A DNA stretch of 64,000 bases, from assembly GCF_004353825.1 (NCBI RefSeq), contig NZ_SMNA01000001.1, forward strand, positions 310,001-374,000. Direction: 5' to 3'. How positions within the stretch are numbered: position 1 is the first letter of the stretch; each line of letters begins with the position of its first letter. A model generated the notes under the pieces. The model did no database searches. It saw nothing but the letters and a program-made list of their open reading frames with translations, and was not told the DNA's origin. This DNA comes from Occultella glacieicola (lineage in GTDB: Bacteria > Actinomycetota > Actinomycetes > Actinomycetales > Beutenbergiaceae). The position numbers and the translations under genes are program-made. Of this stretch, positions 49,803-58,800 are shown one piece after another.

Positions 49803-51073
49803 AGCGGCGCCTCCTCGCGGCCCTCGCGCTGACCGCCGCCCTCGCGTTCGCGGCCGCTCCCGCGCAGGCCGACGACGTCAACGTCACCGTGACCATCCCC
49901 GGTTCCGCGGGACCGGTCACGCTCAGCGACGCACAGCTGCGCTGGGGCCTGAACGGCGAGGTCGGCAGCGGTGCGTTCTTCGGCGGATGCAACTTCCTCT
50001 CGGCGGGCATCGCCGGGGACGCCGGGAGCTCCCACGTCTGGTCGAACGACAACCCGTACTACGCCTCGTCGGACGGGAACGTCACGATCGAGCGACCCGT
50101 CGGGTCCGAAGCCGGCGCCACCTACCGGGAGGCCACCTGGGACGAGCGCTGCCTGGACCCGGCCGGCAACCGGCTCGGCTCCACCGGGTTCAACTCCAGT
50201 GGCCAGCAGGTGGTCATCGACGGCGGCACCGGTGAGATGGACCCCGACGCGGGCACGGCGACCGTCCGCTGGGACGGCTCGTTCACCGTGGTCTTCTACG
50301 GGGGGATGACGTACTGGTGGGCATCCGACCCGGTCCTCACGGTGGTCGACGGCATCGGCACGCTGACGGCCACCGCGGGCGGGTTCGGGGCCTCGATGGA
50401 GAACACCTCGACCTGGGTCGCGCTGCCGGAGCGCCAGATCGTGCTCGCGGACCTCGGCGCCGTCGACCTGGAGGCCGAAAACGGGTTCGCCGGACTGCCC
50501 GCGTACACCGGGGTCACGGTGAGCCTGCCGGCGGGCGCCACCGAGCAGGTGCGCACGGGCGAGGCCTGGGGCTCGTTCCCCCAGTCCTTCATCGACTTCC
50601 AGTTCCGGACCGGGCAGGCTTCCTACTGGTACTCCTCCGGTGGCCTGCGCGATCGCGCCAAGCCGGCTACCGCCGTCTACGTCTCGTACGACGCGCAGCA
50701 CCCGGTCACCGTGCCGCCACCCACGCTCGTCGACCCGCCGACGGGCCTCGGCCCGGGCGCGGGAACCGGTGGCGGCACCGGACTCGGGAGCGGGACGGGC
50801 GGCGGCGGCGGCCGGACGCCGTCGGTCGTGGCGCCCACACCCCTCGCGCCGCTGGTGACCGATCCGGACCCGCCGTTCCTCCAGACCGCCGCGTTCGCGC
50901 CGGACACCCTGCTCCCGTCGGCGGGACTGATCCCGGACGGCGGGTATCTGCCCGGCATGGACCCGGCCGAGCAGCTCGCCTGGGCGCTGACCGGCGTGTT
51001 CGCCCTCTCCGGGGCCGCCCTGGTCGGCTTCCGCAAGGGCTGGCTCATCCTGCCGTGGCTGATCTCCCGCTGA
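49799..51073 (+). CDS. Membrane-anchored protein with divergent HtaA-like domain
   Basis: Signal AQA|DDVNVTVTIP; LRWGLN..GGCNF, WDGSFTVVFYGG.TYW..SDP.L, GSFPQSF..SYWYSSGG; C-terminal TM. Confidence 0.65.
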   Translation: MKRRLLAALALTAALAFAAAPAQADDVNVTVTIPGSAGPVTLSDAQLRWGLNGEVGSGAFFGGCNFLSAGIAGDAGSSHVWSNDNPYYASSDGNVTIERPVGSEAGATYREATWDERCLDPAGNRLGSTGFNSSGQQVVIDGGTGEMDPDAGTATVRWDGSFTVVFYGGMTYWWASDPVLTVVDGIGTLTATAGGFGASMENTSTWVALPERQIVLADLGAVDLEAENGFAGLPAYTGVTVSLPAGATEQVRTGEAWGSFPQSFIDFQFRTGQASYWYSSGGLRDRAKPATAVYVSYDAQHPVTVPPPTLVDPPTGLGPGAGTGGGTGLGSGTGGGGGRTPSVVAPTPLAPLVTDPDPPFLQTAAFAPDTLLPSAGLIPDGGYLPGMDPAEQLAWALTGVFALSGAALVGFRKGWLILPWLISR

Positions 51074-51103
51074 GTCGGTAACCGCAACGCAAGGCGCACT
51101 AGA

Positions 51104-51142
51104 TTTAGCAAGGTCAACCTAACTAAGGTAAGGCTTGCCTGA
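51104..51142. promoter_or_regulatory. Two tandem DtxR/IdeR iron boxes (internal promoter region)
   Basis: TTTAGCAAGGTCAACCTAA (51104-51122) and TAAGGTAAGGCTTGCCTGA (51124-51142) in an AT-rich patch. Confidence 0.8.
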
Positions 51143-51177
51143 TTTAGTATCTTTCCCCACGATAGGAGAGGCATCAC

Positions 51178-52566
51178 ATGCACAGCACATCCGCGGCCGG
51201 GTCGTCCGGCCGTCGCGTCCTGGCCGGGCTGGGGGCCCTGGCGGTCGCACTTTCGGCGGGAGTCGCGATCGCGGCACCTGCCCAGGCCACAGCGACCGAG
51301 GTCGACGACGTCACCCTGCGCTGGGCCATGAGCGAGGAGGCCGGCGGTGGCGCCTATTTCGGCGGCTGCAACTTCCTCGTCGCCGGGTCTGCCGGCAACA
51401 CCGGCAGCAGTCGGGTCTGGACCGAGGCCGACGGCTTCTACCAGACCGAGGTCGGTAATGTCGCGATCGAGAAGCCGACCGCCGCCGGCGGCTGGGTCCA
51501 GCCCACCTGGGCCACGAAGTGCCAGAACGCCAGCGGCGCGGCCGTGGGCACCGGTGCCGGCAGCACCACCGGCGCCCAGGTGGTCCTGTCCGCAGGAACC
51601 GGCACCGTGGACACCGAGGCCGGCACCGCGGAGATCTCGTGGGACGGTGACTACACCGTTGTGTTCTACGGTGGCCTGACCTACTGGACCGTCAGCGACC
51701 CCACCCTCACGGTGGCCGCGGACGGGACCGGTACCCTCACCGGCACCGGGTCGGGCTGGGGAGCCTCCATGGAGGACCCGACCCTGTGGGAGGAAATCAC
51801 GCCGACGGTGATCGAGCTCGCGACGTTCACCGGGCTGAGCGTCGACGCCGACGGCTTCACCGCGACGCCGGAGTACCTCGGCATCGAGGTGGACCCGGGC
51901 GAGGGCGTCAGCCCGCAGGTCCGGACCGGCGCGAACTGGGGATCGTTCCCGCAGTCGTACGTGACCTTCCAGTATGCGACCGGGCAATCCTCCTACTGGT
52001 ACTCCTCGGGCGGTTCGGCCGACCCGAAGAAGCCGGCCGCGCCGGTCGCGGTGACCTGGACCGTGAATGACGAGGGCGAGCCCGGTGACGGCGACGTGCC
52101 GATCGAGGTGATCGTGCCCGAGGAGCCGGTCGAGCCCGAGCCAGGGGTGTTCTCCTGGACCATCCAGGGCAGCGGCGCCGTGAGCCTGGGCACGGCCACC
52201 GCGAACGCGAGCGGGTTCGCCGCCAACGGCAACCTGCACTCGATCGAGATCGAGGACACCCGTGAGGGTGGCCAGCAGTTCTCGATCTCCGGTGTGGCCG
52301 GCGCCTTCGGGTCCGGGTCGAACAGCTTCGCGGGTGGCGCGCTCGGCTGGACCCCGGCCCTGACCGGTGAGCTCGCGGGCGTGCAGCCCGGCGCCGCGGT
52401 GGCCGCCGGCAACCCGGGCCTGGGCAGCACCCAGACCCTGGTCTCCGGCTCGGCGGGTCACGCGCTCGGCACGGTCACGGTGGACGCGCAGCTCGCGCTG
52501 CTCGCCCCCGCGGACACCCCGGCCGGGGCGTACACCTCGACCCTGACCCTCACCGCGCTGGGCTGA
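51178..52566 (+). CDS. Secreted protein: HtaA-like domain + C-terminal WxL-like domain
   Basis: Domain paralogous to 49799-51073; then IEIEDTREGG.FSI..LGWTP..PAGAYTSTLTLT at the extreme C-terminus. Confidence 0.7.
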   Translation: MHSTSAAGSSGRRVLAGLGALAVALSAGVAIAAPAQATATEVDDVTLRWAMSEEAGGGAYFGGCNFLVAGSAGNTGSSRVWTEADGFYQTEVGNVAIEKPTAAGGWVQPTWATKCQNASGAAVGTGAGSTTGAQVVLSAGTGTVDTEAGTAEISWDGDYTVVFYGGLTYWTVSDPTLTVAADGTGTLTGTGSGWGASMEDPTLWEEITPTVIELATFTGLSVDADGFTATPEYLGIEVDPGEGVSPQVRTGANWGSFPQSYVTFQYATGQSSYWYSSGGSADPKKPAAPVAVTWTVNDEGEPGDGDVPIEVIVPEEPVEPEPGVFSWTIQGSGAVSLGTATANASGFAANGNLHSIEIEDTREGGQQFSISGVAGAFGSGSNSFAGGALGWTPALTGELAGVQPGAAVAAGNPGLGSTQTLVSGSAGHALGTVTVDAQLALLAPADTPAGAYTSTLTLTALG

Positions 52567-52677
52567 GCAGCACCGGTCCAGCATCCTCCGAGCAGTACGG
52601 CGACCCCGGTCGGCGGAGCCCAGCGCTCCCTCGGCCGGGGTCACCGGCGGTCGCCCCCGCGGCCGGAAGGGAACGAC

Positions 52678-53712
52678 ATGGACAGCGCCACGGCACGTTC
52701 CGGCCAGGCGCCCCCGACGGCGCGCGTGCGACCCCCCGATGTCGCCACGGCCGCCGTGTCGGGCCGCCTTCGGCGGGTGCTGTGGGGCCTCGCGCTCGCA
52801 CTGCTGGTGGGCTTCAACGGTGGCGGTCAGGTACCGGCGGCCGCGGAGGTCGCAACCGATGAGCTGACCTGGAGCGTGGCTCCGGCGGACAACGACCGGG
52901 GCGCCGCCCGCCCCAACTTCACCTACGCGGTGAGCCCGGGCGATGTCATCGCCGACGCATTCGTGGTCACCAACCTCGGGACGGGCGAACTTCCGCTGAC
53001 CATCTACGCCGCGGACGGCTACACGACCCCGCAGGGACACCTCGACCTCCGACCGGCCGACGTGGTGCCGGCGGACCTCGGCTCCTGGGTCACCCTCGAC
53101 ACCAGTGAGATCACCCTCGGAGCGGGCGAGAGCGTCGAGGTGCCCTTCACCCTGAGGGTGCCGGTCGACGCAAGCCCCGGCGACCACCCCGGCGGCATCG
53201 TCGCGGCCTACACCTCCGCGGCTGACGGTGGCACCGTGCGGCTGGATCGACGCCTCGGCTCCAGGCTGCACGTGCGGGTCGCCGGCGAACAGAACGTGGG
53301 GCTCGAGATCTCGAACGTGCAGCTGAGCCAGGACATCGCGATCAATCCGGTCACGCCCGTGCCGACCGTCCTGACCTACACGGTCACGAACGTCGGCAAC
53401 GTGCGCACCCTGGCCCATGAGTCCGTCACGCTCGGCGGCCCTGGCGGCTCCACCGTGACGGGAACCGTCGAGGAGATCATGCCGGGTTCCACCGTGGAGC
53501 GATCGGTGGTCCTGAGCGGTTGGCCGGTGATCCGGGTCGGTGTGGACCTGGTCCTCACGCCCGAGGCGGTCGACGGCGCGATCGGCGCCGAGGTGGGCGC
53601 CACCGCCGGCGCCTGGGCCATTCCGTGGGGATGGCTGGCGGTGCTGCTCCTGATCGTCGCCGGGGCGGTGGTGATCGGGGTGCGTCGCGGCCGTCGCGAG
53701 AGGACGCGCTGA
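52678..53712 (+). CDS. DUF916-like WxL-interacting protein with C-terminal TM
   Basis: WSVAPA..FTY.V.PGD..D...VTN.G..PL..YAADG, SVEVPFTL.VP..ASPGDH.GGI, YTVTNVGNV, IPW + TM + RRGRR. Confidence 0.78.
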   Translation: MDSATARSGQAPPTARVRPPDVATAAVSGRLRRVLWGLALALLVGFNGGGQVPAAAEVATDELTWSVAPADNDRGAARPNFTYAVSPGDVIADAFVVTNLGTGELPLTIYAADGYTTPQGHLDLRPADVVPADLGSWVTLDTSEITLGAGESVEVPFTLRVPVDASPGDHPGGIVAAYTSAADGGTVRLDRRLGSRLHVRVAGEQNVGLEISNVQLSQDIAINPVTPVPTVLTYTVTNVGNVRTLAHESVTLGGPGGSTVTGTVEEIMPGSTVERSVVLSGWPVIRVGVDLVLTPEAVDGAIGAEVGATAGAWAIPWGWLAVLLLIVAGAVVIGVRRGRRERTR

Positions 53713-53725
53713 CCCACCGCGCCGG

Positions 53726-54352
53726 TCAGGCGGCCCGCTCCAGCCGGAGGAGCGCCGCCTTCGCGTCCGGACCGCCCACGTAGCCGCCGAGCGAGCCGTC
53801 CGCGCGCAGGACCCGGTGGCACGGGACGACGACCGGCAGTGGGTTCGTCGCACAGGCCGAACCGACGGCCCGGACGGCTCCGGGGTTGCCGACCCGGAGC
53901 GCGACCTCGCGGTAGGACTCCGTGTGTCCGTAGGAGATGTCCGGCAGGTGCCGCTGGACCAGGCCACGGAAGCCATGGGACAGCCGGCGGTCCAGGGCGA
54001 GGTCGAACGCGGTGCGCTTCCCTGCGAAGTACTCCTCGAGCTGCCGGGCCGCGGGCGCCAGCCGGGCCGGGGCGCGCAGGACCCGTGGCCCGATGCCGGC
54101 GGCGAGCCCGCCGAGGACCTCCTCGAAGCCCTCGCGATCGTAGGCGAGGCGCACGAGTCCGACGTCGGTGGTGGCGAGCAGCAGCCTCCCGACCGGGGAG
54201 TCGACCTCGGTGTAGGCGACGTCGACGAGGCCTTCCCGGCCGGCGGTCTCCACGAGGCGCTGGTGCAGCCGGTCCAGCGTGTCCCGGTCCGGGGTGGTGC
54301 CGGCGATCAGGTCGGCGGGTTCGCCGGAACGTGCGATGGTGTTCGGGTTCAT
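53726..54352 (-). CDS. ogt: Methylated-DNA--protein-cysteine methyltransferase
   Basis: DSPVGRL, ISYGHTESY, AVRAVGSACATNP, VPCHRV active site. Confidence 0.93.
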   Translation of the reverse strand: MNPNTIARSGEPADLIAGTTPDRDTLDRLHQRLVETAGREGLVDVAYTEVDSPVGRLLLATTDVGLVRLAYDREGFEEVLGGLAAGIGPRVLRAPARLAPAARQLEEYFAGKRTAFDLALDRRLSHGFRGLVQRHLPDISYGHTESYREVALRVGNPGAVRAVGSACATNPLPVVVPCHRVLRADGSLGGYVGGPDAKAALLRLERAA

Positions 54353-54855
54353 CGGGTGAGTCCCTCCTGGGCGGGGCCGGTCAGGTGCCGACTGCGGCGC
54401 AGCGCGTGCAGTCCATCGGCGGCGGCGCGGCGCACGGCCGCGGGGGTGCCACCGATCAGTTCGGCGGTCTGGGTGTGGGGCAGGCCGCCGAGGTAGTGGT
54501 AGGCGACGGCGAGGCGTTGCCGCTCGGGCAGCGCGGCGACGGCGGTCCAGATGTCCGGGTCCGCCTCGCCCGGGACGCCGAGCGTCGAGGTCCGCTCCGG
54601 CATCTCGGCGGCGGGGATCGCCTGGCGGGCCCGGGTCCGGGTGACGTCGATCGCCTTGCGGTGCGCGACCCGGACCAGCCAGGCCTCCACGTTGGTGGTG
54701 GCCGGGAGGTCCGGCCATTCCCGCAGGGCGGCGAGGAACGTCTCGGACCAGGCGTCGTCGGCGTCCGGGCCGGGGCCGAGGACCGCGCGACAGACCCGCA
54801 GGACGGTCGCGCCGTGGCGCTGTACCGCTTGTTCGAAGGGCTGTTTCATCGTCAT
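54349..54855 (-). CDS. ECF RNA polymerase sigma factor coupled to ogt
   Basis: DADDAWSETF, AWLVRVAHRKAID, LPERQR, AVRRAAADG; 4-nt overlap with ogt. Confidence 0.88.
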   Translation of the reverse strand: MTMKQPFEQAVQRHGATVLRVCRAVLGPGPDADDAWSETFLAALREWPDLPATTNVEAWLVRVAHRKAIDVTRTRARQAIPAAEMPERTSTLGVPGEADPDIWTAVAALPERQRLAVAYHYLGGLPHTQTAELIGGTPAAVRRAAADGLHALRRSRHLTGPAQEGLTR

Positions 54856-54862
54856 CACCAGG

Positions 54863-54889
54863 TAGACGCGCGGTCGGGGCGGAATGTGA
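54863..54889 (-). promoter_or_regulatory. Probable ECF-type autoregulatory promoter (near-leaderless)
   Basis: Minus strand TCACA-N16-CGTCTA ending 7 nt before the start codon; no SD. Confidence 0.55.
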
Positions 54890-54918
54890 GGTCGGCGAGG
54901 CAAGCCTAGGATCCGAGC

Positions 54919-55296
54919 ATGGATCCGCTCTCCGAAGCCGACACGAACGCGGTGATCGCCATCGTCATGGACCTGGCCCGTGCCGGCAGCACGGAGGAAC
55001 TCCTGGAGTTCTTCGACCACGGTCTCGACGTCGACGTCCGCGACCCCGAGGGCAACACCGCCCTGATGCTGGCCGCCTATCACGGCCGGGGGTCGACGGT
55101 CGCCGCACTCATCGAGCGCGGCGCCGACATCGACCTGCGCAACGGCCGGGACCAGTCACCGATCGCGGGCGCCCTGTTCAAGGGCGAGGACGAGATCGTG
55201 GCGGCCCTGCGCGGGGCCGGTGCCGACCTCGACGCCGGAACCCCGAGCGCCCGCGCAGCCGCCGAGCTGTTCGGTCGGGCGCACCTGCTCGAGTAG
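54919..55296 (+). CDS. Ankyrin repeat protein (AnkB-like)
   Basis: GNTALMLAAYHG..LIERGAD, DQSPIAGALFKG. Confidence 0.88.
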   Translation: MDPLSEADTNAVIAIVMDLARAGSTEELLEFFDHGLDVDVRDPEGNTALMLAAYHGRGSTVAALIERGADIDLRNGRDQSPIAGALFKGEDEIVAALRGAGADLDAGTPSARAAAELFGRAHLLE

Positions 55297-55317
55297 CGGT
55301 CCACCGCAGGGGTCGGT

Positions 55318-55406
55318 GAGGGTGCTGATGTGGCGACCACTTCAGCACTCTCGCGCACCCGACCCGCGCGTGAGGGTGCTGAATCGGCTGCCATCACAGC
55401 ACTCTC
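55318..55406. repeat. Two tandem REP-like hairpins, period 54 bp, between convergent genes
   Basis: GAGGGTGCTGA-N13-(T/A)CAGCACTCTC at 55318-55352 and 55372-55406. Confidence 0.75.
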
Positions 55407-55503
55407 GACACCGACCACAGCACGACGGCCCGGCCACCACGCGAGGTGACCGGGCCGCCGTCGACCGCTTGTGACGGGCCGCGACCACCGCGACCCACAG
55501 CAA

Positions 55504-57012
55504 TCAGACCAGCTCGCTGATCCGGTCGTCGTCGCCGAGCGCGCCGGCCTTGTGGGCCTCGATCGCGCGCCGGACACCCTGGCCGTAGGCCGGGTCGGCC
55601 TGCGCGCAGTGGTTGAGGTGCCGCTCGATGGTGGCCTCGGAGGCGCCGTCGATCGCACGGGCCGTGTTCGCGAACAGGGCCGACTGCTGTTCCGGGCTCA
55701 TCTGCCGGAACAGGTCGCCCGGCTGCTCGAAGTAGTTGACGTCGTCCTCGCGGTACTCGTATCGGTCCGCCGCACCCTCCAGCGCGAGCGCCGGCTCGTG
55801 GTAGGCGGGCTGGTCGGAGAACCGGTCGTAGCTGTTCGGGGTGTACCCGGGCACGCCGCCCTGGTTGCCGTCCACGCGCATCTGCCCGTCGCGGTGGTAG
55901 GTGTTCACGTTCGTGGCCCCGCGCGGGTAGTTCACCGGGATCTGGTGGTGGTTCACGCCCACCCGGTAGCGCGCGGCGTCACCGTAGGAGAACAGCCGGC
56001 CCTGCAGCATCCGGTCCGGGGACGGGCCCACGCCGGGCACCATGTTGCTGGGTGTGAACGCGGCCTGCTCGACGTCGGCGAAGTAGTTCTCCGGGTTCCG
56101 GTTGAGCTCGAACTCGCCGACCTCGATCAGCGGGTAGTCCTTCTTCGACCAGACCTTGGTCAGGTCGAAGGGGTGGAACCGGTAGTCCTTGGCGTCCGCC
56201 TCGGGCATGACCTGGATGAAGAACGTCCACTTCGGGAACTCGTCGCGCTCGATCGCGTCGAACAGGTCCCGCTGGGCGGACTCCCGGTCGCCGGCCACGA
56301 GCTTGGCGGCCTCGGCGTCGGTGAGGTTCTTGATGCCCTGCTGGGTGCGGAAGTGGAACTTGACCCAGAACCGCTCGTCCTCGGCGTTGATGAAGGAGTA
56401 CGTGTGGGAGCCGAACCCGTGCATGTGCCGGTACCCGTCCGGGATGCCGCGGTCGGACATCACGATGGTGACCTGGTGCAGCGCCTCGGGCAGGTTCGTC
56501 CAGAAGTCCCAGTTGTTCTCGGGGGAGCGCAGGTTCGTGCGGGGGTCACGCTTGACGGCCCGGTTCAGTGCCGGGAAGTGGTGCGGGTCGCGGTGGAAGA
56601 ACACCGGGGTGTTGTTCCCGACCACGTCCCAGTTGCCCTCCTCGGTGTAGAAGCGCAGCGCGAAGCCACGGATGTCCCGCTCGGCGTCAGCCGCGCCTCG
56701 CTCCCCGGCGACGGTGGAGAACCGGGCGAACATCTCGGTCTGCTTGCCGACCTCGGAGAACAGCGCCGCCCTGGAGTACCGGGTGATGTCCCGCGTGACC
56801 GTGAACGTGCCGAACGCGCCTGACCCCTTGGCGTGCATGCGGCGCTCCGGGATGACCTCCCGGCTGAAGTGCGCCAGCTTCTCGAGGAACCAGACGTCCT
56901 GCAGCAGCATCGGGCCGCGCGGGCCGGCGGTCACGGCGTTCTCGTTGTCCGGGACGGGGGCACCCGCCGCGGTGGTCAGGGGGCGGGTGTTGTCGTGGTA
57001 CTGCTCTGGCAT
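55504..57012 (-). CDS. katA: Monofunctional heme catalase
   Basis: [44 protein letters not shown] before ATG 57012. Confidence 0.96.
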   Translation of the reverse strand: MPEQYHDNTRPLTTAAGAPVPDNENAVTAGPRGPMLLQDVWFLEKLAHFSREVIPERRMHAKGSGAFGTFTVTRDITRYSRAALFSEVGKQTEMFARFSTVAGERGAADAERDIRGFALRFYTEEGNWDVVGNNTPVFFHRDPHHFPALNRAVKRDPRTNLRSPENNWDFWTNLPEALHQVTIVMSDRGIPDGYRHMHGFGSHTYSFINAEDERFWVKFHFRTQQGIKNLTDAEAAKLVAGDRESAQRDLFDAIERDEFPKWTFFIQVMPEADAKDYRFHPFDLTKVWSKKDYPLIEVGEFELNRNPENYFADVEQAAFTPSNMVPGVGPSPDRMLQGRLFSYGDAARYRVGVNHHQIPVNYPRGATNVNTYHRDGQMRVDGNQGGVPGYTPNSYDRFSDQPAYHEPALALEGAADRYEYREDDVNYFEQPGDLFRQMSPEQQSALFANTARAIDGASEATIERHLNHCAQADPAYGQGVRRAIEAHKAGALGDDDRISELV

Positions 57013-57025
57013 TCCTGGGTGCTCC

Positions 57026-57511
57026 TTAGTGGTGGTGGGACATCTCTGGGCGCGGCGGCGCCGGGTCGGCGGGTCCGGCCGCACCGCCGGACAGGCAGGC
57101 GGGGCAGGTGCCCCAGTAGGTGATCTCGACGGCGTCGATGACGAAGCCGGGCGCCTGCGGTTCGGCGAGCGGGATCGCGTTCGGTGCGACGTGGACGTCG
57201 GTGAGCGAGCCGCAGCGCCGGCAGACCGCGTGCTGGTGGTCGTCCCAGCGCAGGCCCTCGTACCGCGCCGACGAGTTCGGCAGGTCGATCCGTCGGGCCA
57301 GGTCCGCGTCCACGAGCGTCTTGAGGACGTCGTAGACGGCCTGCGTCGAGCAACTGCCGATCCGCTCCCGGACCAGCCCGATGATCGTCGCCGCGTCCGA
57401 GTGCGGATGCTCGTGGATCACGGTCAGGACCGTCACCCGCGGGCGCGTCACGCGCAGCGCCGCCCCCCGCAGGAGCTCTTCGGCCTCGGACTCGATCACC
57501 CCTGCAGTCAA
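57026..57511 (-). CDS. furA: Fur family peroxide regulator (FurA/CatR-like)
   Basis: [35 protein letters not shown]; directly upstream of catalase. Confidence 0.85.
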   Translation of the reverse strand: MTAGVIESEAEELLRGAALRVTRPRVTVLTVIHEHPHSDAATIIGLVRERIGSCSTQAVYDVLKTLVDADLARRIDLPNSSARYEGLRWDDHQHAVCRRCGSLTDVHVAPNAIPLAEPQAPGFVIDAVEITYWGTCPACLSGGAAGPADPAPPRPEMSHHH

Positions 57512-57516
57512 TCACC

Positions 57517-57536
57517 TTTTCTGGATTGATTCCAAA
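57517..57536. promoter_or_regulatory. Probable FurA operator
   Basis: AT-rich TTTTCTGGATTGATTCCAAA with TGGA-N5-TCCA dyad, resembling actinobacterial furA autoregulatory sites. Confidence 0.6.
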
Positions 57537-57564
57537 CAGCGATCCAGCGCGGGCCGCGGCGGCC

Positions 57565-58800
57565 TCAGCCCAGGATGATCCAGAGCAGCGCGATGATGGC
57601 CACCACGGCCGCGCCGGCGAGGATGCCGGGCAGGACCGACATGTCGGAAGCCGTCGTGGGCGCAGGCTCGATCGAACGGGCGACGGCGGGGAGTGCCACG
57701 GTGGGTCCGTCGCCCTCGTCCGTGGTGAGGTCGGGCGAGGCGGCCTCGCCGGGCTCGTCGCCGTCCGGTCCGGTGCCGGCCGGCTCGGGCGGCTCCTCGG
57801 CCTCCGTGGGATCCACCAGATCGGCGCGGCCCGCGTCCGGGTGATCGAGCAGCGTCACGCCCTCGTCGGAGTCGGGGTCGGCGCCGCCGTCGCCGGATGC
57901 CCCCACAGCGACCGGGCGGGGGGTGCGCACGTGCGCCCCGGCGGAGGGGTTCGCGGCCTCGATGATCATGGTCGGCAACGACTCGCCCAGGGACGCGCCC
58001 GCGTCCGGGGAGAGCGCGATGCCGTCCGTGACCGCACCCACGAAAACAGGCTCGGCGGCGAGCAGGTCCGTATCGCCGTCGGGCTCGGCGATCACGTCCG
58101 CCACCACCACGGTGACGTTGTCACGGGTGCCCAGCACCAGCGCCGCGTTGATCAGGGCGCGGGCGGCCTCGGCCGGATCCGGGCGGGTGAGCAACTCCCC
58201 GATGTGCTCGGCGGACACGTAGTCGGACAGGCCGTCGCTGCACAGCAGCAGCCGGTCACCGGGGGTCACGGTCAGGGCGATGATGTCCAGGTCCGCGCCG
58301 CCGGCCTGGTCGTCGAGGGACCGCAGCAGCATGGACCGGTACGGGTGCGTGCGGGCGCGTTCGGGGGTCAGCTGACCCTGGTCGATGAGTCGCTGCACGT
58401 GCGTGTGGTCGGTGGTGACCTGGTAGAGCGAACCCTCGTGCAGGGCGTAGACGCGGGAGTCCCCGATGTGCCCGATGGTGACGTGCTCGCCGTCGCTGGC
58501 CACGGCGAGCAGGGTCGTACCCATCGACTCGAGCATGGCGTCGGCCTCGGACATGCCGTGCAGCGCCCGCCGGGACGCCCGTCCCGCGTTCAGCAGCTGG
58601 GTCGGGATGTCGGTGCCGGGGGAGTGCTCCACCTCGGCGAACACCCGGACCGCCACGCTCGAGGCGACCTCGCCGGCCGCGTGCCCACCCATCCCGTCGG
58701 CGAGCACCAGGAGCCGCGGGCTGCCGAGGGCGGAGTCCTCGTTGTTCGTCCGGACTGTTCCGAGGTCGGTCTGCACGGCGTAGCGGAAACTCACCGCCAT
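57565..58800 (-). CDS. PP2C Ser/Thr phosphatase with C-terminal TM
   Basis: RTNNEDS, LADGMGGHAAGEVAS, HIGDSR, LLCSDGL, RDNVT. Confidence 0.9.
   Translation of the reverse strand: MAVSFRYAVQTDLGTVRTNNEDSALGSPRLLVLADGMGGHAAGEVASSVAVRVFAEVEHSPGTDIPTQLLNAGRASRRALHGMSEADAMLESMGTTLLAVASDGEHVTIGHIGDSRVYALHEGSLYQVTTDHTHVQRLIDQGQLTPERARTHPYRSMLLRSLDDQAGGADLDIIALTVTPGDRLLLCSDGLSDYVSAEHIGELLTRPDPAEAARALINAALVLGTRDNVTVVVADVIAEPDGDTDLLAAEPVFVGAVTDGIALSPDAGASLGESLPTMIIEAANPSAGAHVRTPRPVAVGASGDGGADPDSDEGVTLLDHPDAGRADLVDPTEAEEPPEPAGTGPDGDEPGEAASPDLTTDEGDGPTVALPAVARSIEPAPTTASDMSVLPGILAGAAVVAIIALLWIILG

Noticed and set aside
50677..53976. 1099-aa minus-strand ORF and similar long ORFs (58945-61716 +, 30422-33157 -, 58256-60835 -, 27334-29484 +)
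   Set aside because: Antisense or alternate-frame shadows of well-supported genes, expected at this GC content; Arg/Gly/Pro-rich with no motifs.
55318..55406. CAGCACTC/GGTGCTGA similarity to CIRCE, or a mini CRISPR array
   Set aside because: Arm order and spacing do not fit TTAGCACTC-N9-GAGTGCTAA; there are only two units, no cas genes, and it lies between 3' ends.
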